From positions 27,932,542 to 27,949,681 of the forward strand of contig JANKJI020000004.1 in the NCBI GenBank assembly GCA_024626585.2: a stretch of DNA of 17,140 nucleotides, given 5' to 3'. The notes below the pieces were generated by a model, which had not been told where the DNA came from, made no database searches, and saw nothing but the letters and a program-made list of their open reading frames with translations. Source of the DNA: Ginkgo biloba (lineage: Eukaryota > Plantae > Ginkgophyta). Both the position numbers and the translations under genes were made by a program. The number at the start of each line of letters is the position of its first letter. Within the stretch, counting starts at the first letter, position 1. Below are positions 10,151 through 17,140 of this stretch, piece after piece.

Positions 10151-10281
10151 CATGCCTTTCCGGTTGTACCATTTCATGTGTNNNNNNNNNNNNNNNNNNN
10201 NNNNNNNNNNNNNNNNNNNNNNNNNNNNNNNNNNNNNNNNNNNNNNNNNNNNNNNNNNNNNNNNNNNNNNNNNNNNNNNNN

Positions 10282-10334
10282 ATTTATATGTCAATTGCTA
10301 ACCAAAGTTATAGGGTTAAGGCAAGGCTATTACA
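10282..10334 (+). mobile_element. LTR 3' terminus (same family as 14207 end)
   Basis: TTAAGGCAAGGCTATTACA (10316-10334) vs TTAAGGCGGGACTGTTACA (14189-14207): 15/19, all differences transitions. Confidence 0.7.
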
Positions 10335-10344
10335 TATTGTATAT

Positions 10345-10758
10345 ATGAATCCCATGGAGGATTAGTGGAAGTTGTGTGAAGGAGAAGAAAAGTTGGAGAA
10401 AATTTAGGAGTCTATGCAAGATTGAGAGAGACAAGAGAAGCTCCTTTAGGTAGAGCAAGACTTGGTTCAAAAGTTGGAAAAAATGGTAAAGCTTTGGAAG
10501 GATCAATAGATGGTACATGCAATCGAGATAGCAAAGATTTTAGAGGAGCACTGCTTAGGTATGGAGCAGTTGGGGGATAGCTCTCTAGTAGAGCAAGAGG
10601 TTAAGATGTTGCAAATTTAGGATGAGCATCAAGGAGCCATGGGAAAGTGGGAGTAGAAGGTGGCACATGAGAGATTGGAGAAGCCAAGTACTATTCAAGT
10701 AACAAATATTATGGCCAAGAAGTTAGCTTGGTTGGATGTATTGGTTATAAGCGTTTGA
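10345..10758 (+). pseudogene. Decayed coiled-coil-like ORF in a retroelement internal region
   Basis: MNPMED*WKLCEGEEKLEKI*ESMQD*ERQEKLL*VEQDLVQKLEKMVKLWKDQ*MVHAIEIAKILEEHCLGMEQLGDSSLVEQEVKMLQI*DEHQGAMGKWE*KVAHERLEKP... E/K/Q/L-rich; internal stops are six TAG and one TGA, none TAA. Confidence 0.65.
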
Positions 10759-11153
10759 TCTTTGGTAGGATTACCAACCACACCCTTGACTTAGTAGCCG
10801 AGTACTTTGCACAAGGATTAGTAGCTTCAACGACAGAGCTAGTAAGAGAGGCCACTTGAGTCATGGCAACGACACTACTAGCAACTTTAGTTTCTATAGC
10901 CATAGAAGCTTCATCAACAATAGTATTGTTTTCAACCTCAACATCTTGAAATTTGATTATTTTAGCCTTAGGACCACCTACTATGGCTTTGGCCCTAGCA
11001 TCAAGAACCTCAATTTTCATTCTTTTAGAAACATAAATATCTTCAATAGCAACAACACCACATTTAGTAGCAATAGTAGTTTTGTTAATAAGGACATCAT
11101 TCCTCCTACTACTTCAGTGCAAGACTATTTGTTTGAGCGGGACACTCAAGTTC

Positions 11154-11168
11154 AAAGGAAGGGATAGA
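11154..11168 (+). promoter_or_regulatory. Polypurine tract (PPT)
   Basis: GGGACACTCAAGTTC-AAAGGAAGGGATAGA-TG: purine tract abutting a TG LTR start, resembling the GAGGACAAG...GAAGGGGGAGGAA-TG 3' end of plant gypsy elements. Confidence 0.75.
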
Positions 11169-11687
11169 TGCCAACAACTATTTTGATGTGGTGAGCTTTG
11201 TAAATAATTTATAAGTTGGCAACAACCTTAGCTGCTAGTGGGATTAGTTAGACATTGTTGGGGACCACCTGACAATGCTCCAACATCACTCGGACGTTCA
11301 AGAATTATCTAGTGGACAATTGAGCATTAGTTAGGAGATTAGTCTTATCGTACGATTATGTCTTTGGAGTTGGCCATTGGTGATTTAGTATGTCAACTGT
11401 TGTTGTGTCATCATCATCATTATGTGTAATCTTGTGTAGATTATTATATGATCCCAAATGTACTTTCCATATGATCCATACCATACATTGTTGTGGCTAA
11501 TAACCTAGTGTCTTGTTCATTCATGTGACTGCTCTTTGTGAATGTGAATGCTTTCCCAAAAGTCTCAATGTTAATCTAGATCTGTAAGATGGGTATATGT
11601 ACTTAACACTTGGCATGATTTCAGATCTAGACTACACATGACCCTTTCTAATCACGGATGGTGATATTGGTTGCGATTGATGTTACA
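11169..11687 (+). mobile_element. 3' LTR (~520 bp)
   Basis: TG directly after the PPT, with a candidate end ...GATGTTACA at 11687. The 5' boundary is independently supported by a homologous copy whose similarity starts at the same TG (16230). Confidence 0.7.
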
Positions 11688-11697
11688 AGTTAGTCAA

Positions 11698-11997
11698 TGT
11701 AACAGTCTGCCCTTACTCAAACCTACAAAACAAGTTAATTACACCAACAAATACACTTTAAAATACATAAGAGAGTGAGGCGACTCTAGTCATGCATTAA
11801 GAAATGGAAAATAACCATAAACAAGTAATTTAATGAAAAAACCTACATAACAGATATTTGAACTTGTTAATTTATGGTCACTGGTTAGTAGAATGTATTA
11901 ATTTATAAGTTAGCAACAACGGGACTATTAGACCAGTGTAATTGTAGCAAGGACTCCAACCACATTATGTTGGCCATAGCTAATGCGGGCAGCCAAA
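11698..11997. mobile_element. LTR terminus, inverted relative to the 10334/14207 ends
   Basis: TGTAACAGTCTGCCCTTA is 15/18 identical to the reverse complement of 14190-14207. An A-rich continuation runs into a gap. Confidence 0.65.
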
Positions 11998-12757
11998 NNN
12001 NNNNNNNNNNNNNNNNNNNNNNNNNNNNNNNNNNNNNNNNNNNNNNNNNNNNNNNNNNNNNNNNNNNNNNNNNNNNNNNNNNNNNNNNNNNNNNNNNNNN
12101 NNNNNNNNNNNNNNNNNNNNNNNNNNNNNNNNNNNNNNNNNNNNNNNNNNNNNNNNNNNNNNNNNNNNNNNNNNNNNNNNNNNNNNNNNNNNNNNNNNNN
12201 NNNNNNNNNNNNNNNNNNNNNNNNNNNNNNNNNNNNNNNNNNNNNNNNNNNNNNNNNNNNNNNNNNNNNNNNNNNNNNNNNNNNNNNNNNNNNNNNNNNN
12301 NNNNNNNNNNNNNNNNNNNNNNNNNNNNNNNNNNNNNNNNNNNNNNNNNNNNNNNNNNNNNNNNNNNNNNNNNNNNNNNNNNNNNNNNNNNNNNNNNNNN
12401 NNNNNNNNNNNNNNNNNNNNNNNNNNNNNNNNNNNNNNNNNNNNNNNNNNNNNNNNNNNNNNNNNNNNNNNNNNNNNNNNNNNNNNNNNNNNNNNNNNNN
12501 NNNNNNNNNNNNNNNNNNNNNNNNNNNNNNNNNNNNNNNNNNNNNNNNNNNNNNNNNNNNNNNNNNNNNNNNNNNNNNNNNNNNNNNNNNNNNNNNNNNN
12601 NNNNNNNNNNNNNNNNNNNNNNNNNNNNNNNNNNNNNNNNNNNNNNNNNNNNNNNNNNNNNNNNNNNNNNNNNNNNNNNNNNNNNNNNNNNNNNNNNNNN
12701 NNNNNNNNNNNNNNNNNNNNNNNNNNNNNNNNNNNNNNNNNNNNNNNNNNNNNNNNN

Positions 12758-14207
12758 TTGGAAAAAAAAACAAAACAAAATGCAAAAACGCCATGTTTTT
12801 TCTTGACAACTACTGAGAAATGGGCAACATCCCTACCTAATTTGGGTACAGTTGAGATACGATAGGAAAATGGGTCCCTACTGTACTCAAGCCATACTCA
12901 CTCTCGAGCCATCCTAGGTATGAAATTAGGATCCCCCTAGGTGAATCTTGGTAACTTAGACAAACATACAAACAACCTAGAGAGAATTCCCATAGGCACA
13001 CTTGTAACCTAAAACCATGTTGCCTAGATTCTCAATACAAAACTAATATGTAAAGACCCTTTGAGGTATCTCATAATATCATATATCATTGTTATAGGGT
13101 CTGGGAGTAGATTCATGTTGGGAAAGAATTTGAGTTGTTGTAGAAGTTGACTTGCAGGAAATGAGGTAGAAAACCTAAATCGTTACAATTATGAATTCAC
13201 CATACTTCAACACTTATTGTAGGTTGTAGGTACAATGGGCTAAATGGTTACATAGTTGACCATGTTTTAAGCAAGGATATGATTGCATACATGTGTTCTC
13301 TAAAGGAAAATATCTTAGCATTGAATTCAAGACAATGCAGATGGCCTTGAGAATGCATTTTTGTTTCACCCCTCATGTTGTTGAATTCTTTAACTTGTTG
13401 GATACATGAATAGGCTACATAAAGGCCTAGGTGAGTCCTTGGTCAATCATTGTTTAACTCCTTTTGTTCAACACCTTCTTCTCCATATTTGGAGGCTTGA
13501 CTATGATTAGTATTATGCTAATGTGACAAGCCTAGCTTGTTTTGAGACGTTNNNNNNNNNNNNNNNNNNNNNNNATATGTTGATATAATGTTGTTGATCA
13601 AGTTGTTGTCACAAATTTGAAATTGTAATTATTATATGTAAACCACAAAGATTAAAAAAAACTTGAGGAAGAAGATGTTCTCTACAAAGTGAAGGATGAC
13701 AAATAAAATGGTGGTCATATCCCTAGTATCTATGTTGTAGTTGTAATCAAGTCCTATTTGATTGTGTGGTTGTTGGAAAAAGCAAAGTGAACAAAGAACT
13801 CTTGATTGCTAAAATAACGATGATGAATGGATACGTGATTATAAGGTCTCACAAGGTCATTTGGTGCTGACAGTTGGTCTTTATGGCATCAGAGGTTTGC
13901 GCTGGTAGCTACGGTTGAGTCCTTGAGGCGTCCTCATGGTCAACAATGGTCTTTATCCTAGCAGTCCAACCTCGAGTCTTATGTGCTTGGACAGGATGTA
14001 GTATAAATAAATGTTTTCTACATATACATGCTAACTTATTTGTTTATGTAAGCTCTTGCATCATGAATTGTCATGCTTAGCTAGTTAATTGTGCACTTTG
14101 ATTTGAACTATGTTTCCTAGAAGGATTTGTTTGTTTCTTTATTGAGTTAGTTAGTTATCTTGGGATAAGCAAATGAACTTAGTTAGGATTAAGGCGGGAC
14201 TGTTACA
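12758..14207 (+). mobile_element. Long LTR fragment (3' or solo LTR)
   Basis: Non-coding, T-rich U5-like end terminating in AAGGCGGGACTGTTACA, with no PBS after it. The left extent is uncertain. Confidence 0.6.
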
Positions 14208-14962
14208 GGGCACGACCCTGAGCTTTCTCGGGTTATTTATTCCTATACACATGTATTGAGAACTTATCAGTTTTACTATGTATTTGGTCAAGATGATTGC
14301 TTATCATCCTAGTATCCTTCATCAAACAAGCAACGAGAATATGCTTAGCTAGTTTCTTGAACATATTTATGTGATCAAAGTTAGGACTGATCCGATTCTC
14401 AAATAATGAATTTAATTATACTAATCTTTTCCATGGTACTTGTATGTGATTCTTAAGAGACCTTGAGATCACCCCAATAAATCACAATAAATTATAAGCT
14501 TTAACTTCATTTACCAAATTTGACATAGTAGAAAAGGAAATTCAAAAGTGAGGAAAGTAAGAACTTTATTTCCCATTGTTATGAAGTATTAAGTTTGTGG
14601 TCTTTGAACTATAGTAGTGGACCTCGATCAGTACAAGTATAATAAACCTCCAAACCTAGTTACGCACAACTAATCTTTATTATATAATATCAATAGAATA
14701 TCTGAATATAGCTTAATCTAACCATAGTTAAGTATTGAGTTGACCATTGCCAAGTATAGAGCTAACAATAGTTAATAATAGAGCTTATACTAGCTACTTT
14801 TTATTTTTTGATGCATGTGGATGGGTGGATTGAAGGTTGTTGGACACTTTGGCTTTCTATACGTCTCTTTTTGTTTCAACATTGAATGTACTTTTAATAA
14901 GTCATTGACAAATATTATTTAGTCATAAGGGGGTCGATGTTTTTTTGTTTTTCATTCGTTAG

Positions 14963-15040
14963 GCACACACATATATTAGTGTGTGTGTGTGTATGTATAC
15001 ATATGCACACACCTAGGTACACTTGCTCCCACACACATGT
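14963..15040. repeat. Imperfect (CA)n/(TG)n/(TA)n microsatellite cluster
   Basis: cacacacatatattagtgtgtgtgtgtgtatgtatacatatgcacacac...cacacacatgtac. Confidence 0.8.
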
Positions 15041-16229
15041 ACTAGTCTAGACCCTTGGCCACTAATCACATTGAAATTTGTTCCATGACATAATATGTGA
15101 GATTTTTATATTGAAATCCTTGGACATAATCGTGTACACATACAAATTTGTCAGATTTAGTACAGGCAATGGCAATGGCAAAGATAATTTATGAGGAGAG
15201 AGAGAATGGTCAATGACTTCCTTCATTATTNNNNNNNNNNNNNNNNNNNNNNNNNNNNNNNNNNNNNNNNNNNNNNNNNNNNNNNNNNNNNNNNNNNNNN
15301 NNNNNNNNNNNNNNNNNNNNNNNNNNNNNNACTTGCTACTTGGTGAATGTACTAGAGAAGTGCTACTATTGAATGCATATAAGCAAGTGAATGAATGAAT
15401 GTTGTTAGAAAGAATGTGAGTGTTGCATGTTTGCTTCCATAGTCATAACTTCCTTGATGATGCAAGTTGCAATGGCCCATGGATGATGAACATAAGTCTA
15501 TATTAGTCTCCAAATTGTATGTCAATTTTGAGGGAACCTTGAGGGCTATGGTAGTTATTTAGAGTTGAGACCTTGATTGGATAAAATCTTATTAGACATT
15601 GATTTCTTTGGCTAGATAATGTAGCTCTATTGGTTGTTTCCATGTAAGGCCTAGGTAGGCAATGGAAAATAGCTTGGCATGTAAGGCTTGTGTAAGATGG
15701 CGACCACCCAAGGCTTGTGTAGGCTTTAGACTACATAGACTTGTAAGTGTGTGAGAGCACCTTATACATGTTAAGGGTATGGAATTCTTGATTGCATTCG
15801 AGGGATCATCTAACATATGAGTCTTACAATAGGAATCCTATGCCCTAGCTTAAGAAATCAAGAGTCTGTTGTGTGGGAGTTATTTCTATACAAATTCTTG
15901 TAGGTGTAATGTGGAATCGAGACATCTATAATGAAGACTAGCAATTAGCTAAGCATCACAAGCCCCAAGGTAAGTCGAGGTAATTACTCCTCCTAACCTT
16001 AACATAGGTCTTGGGTAATAATTATGATGCAAATGTCTACCCAAGAGGATAAGGGCCTATAGCAAGTAATTTCTTCTCATTATCCACAATGAACAATCAA
16101 GTCCCTGACAACGAATAATACTTCCATATAACACAATAATGACCATGGCAATCTATGAGAACTTGAATCAATTATCGATGGTATATGACTAACTCACATG
16201 CACAAATTTTTGTAACACTTAATAGAATA

Positions 16230-16330
16230 TGTTAGCGGTTATTTTGTATTGTGGTTAGTCTCGACATTTTGTATAAGTCGAGAACAACCTTAGTTGACAT
16301 AGGATATAGTGGGGATTGTTGGACATCAGA
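16230..16330 (+). mobile_element. Truncated 5' part of an LTR homologous to 11169-11260
   Basis: tgttagcggttattttg...tgtggt.ag...tataagt.g..aacaaccttag.tg...tagtggggatt aligns with tgccaacaactattttg...tgtggtgag...tataagttggcaacaaccttagctg...tagtgggatt. Confidence 0.75.
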
Positions 16331-16376
16331 GGGGGACTACTAAGCATGCTAAATTAAAGTTACATTACTATGTCAC

Positions 16377-17140
16377 TATAGTGACCCAACATATAGTAAA
16401 ACCCTTATATCTAAGGATGCCCTACTTTGAGGGTTCTAATCCACCCTTTTATCAGGCTTAGGGCCCTACAAACAAAAAGTACTAAATAGAAATATAAATT
16501 GTGCTAATACTGTAGAAAACAATCCATACATTCATTCTAGAATAATAAATAAAAGAAAGTTGTGCACGAAATACTTACAGAGATGTGAGTTTACTTCGAG
16601 AAACTAATAGACAATACCTTTCAGAATTGAGAAAAACTTTAGGACGTCAAAGTTTGACTCCCCTAGGTGCGACGATTGACCTACAATAACAAACTCGATG
16701 CTGTACAAGTGCAAAATAAGTTCGCTGGCCCTCTAGAAAAGCAACAACTTCTATATGAGGTTCGTTGGACCTCCTTGAGTAGTAAAAACACAGTTCTTAG
16801 ATCAAGTCACCTTACAACAGAGAATAGATTTGTGCGATTGCAACATGCAACATAGCTATGGAAAGATATGATGAATGTCCTTCAGCTCCAACTATGAAAG
16901 AAACCAACAGTGGTCGGTTGTAGTGTCTCTAAGGTGAGAGAAAAATCAGCCTTAGTGCATAAAGTACTCCGTGAGAATCAAAATGCCTTGGCAGAAGAAT
17001 ATCACAAAAGTCTTAAGGAGCATCTAAGCCAAGAATGGCCCCTTATATAACATAAAGAAGGCACAATACATCACATAAGGGCTTGGTTTCTCCTTGAAGT
17101 TTCCTTAGTACCTCCAAGAACCCTTAATGGCCTCTCATTG
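16377..17140 (-). mobile_element. Probable LTR fragment running off the window
   Basis: Terminus TATAGTGACCCAA is 11/13 identical to TGTAGCGACCCAA at 8514 (both differences transitions). A-rich plus strand and CCCTTATATAA near 17040 (minus-strand TATA box) suggest minus orientation. Confidence 0.5.

Noticed and set aside
9159-11687. Single intact gag-only (TR-GAG-like) element from PBS 9451 to PPT 11154
   Set aside because: The LTR ending at 9449 does not match the LTR at 11169-11687, and a 100-N gap plus a foreign LTR end (10334) separate the halves; they are most likely different elements.
11903-12816. Long ORFs of 277-293 aa
   Set aside because: Artefacts of the N-run at 11998-12757.
15400-15815. 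Possible solo LTR (TGTT...TCTAACA) with short repeats AAGGCTTGTGTA
   Set aside because: No PBS, PPT, TSD or second copy to fix the boundaries.

Overview
AT-rich eukaryotic, almost certainly plant, repeat-dense DNA from a gapped draft assembly (12 N-runs; four are exactly 100 N, i.e. joins of unknown size). No intact host gene, RNA gene, CRISPR array or prokaryotic system is visible. The window is a patchwork of old, nested LTR-retrotransposon remnants. Two Ty3/gypsy-type Gag pseudogenes (~5210-5488 and 9463-~10150) each lie behind an LTR end plus primer-binding site. There is a short LTR with a perfect tRNA-iMet PBS (5914-6166), two PPT/3'-LTR junctions (~1379 minus, 11154 plus), several recurring LTR termini, a 21-bp minisatellite and a 70-bp alternating purine-pyrimidine microsatellite. 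Two decayed reading frames cannot be assigned by eye: a coiled-coil-like frame (10345-10758) upstream of a PPT with no recognisable pol, and a frame at 7161-7813. These are the best leads. Nearly all in-frame stops are explained by C->T/G->A transitions, consistent with long-term CG/CHG methylation. I do not see convincing evidence of a new biological system. All family assignments come from motif recognition, not database searches.
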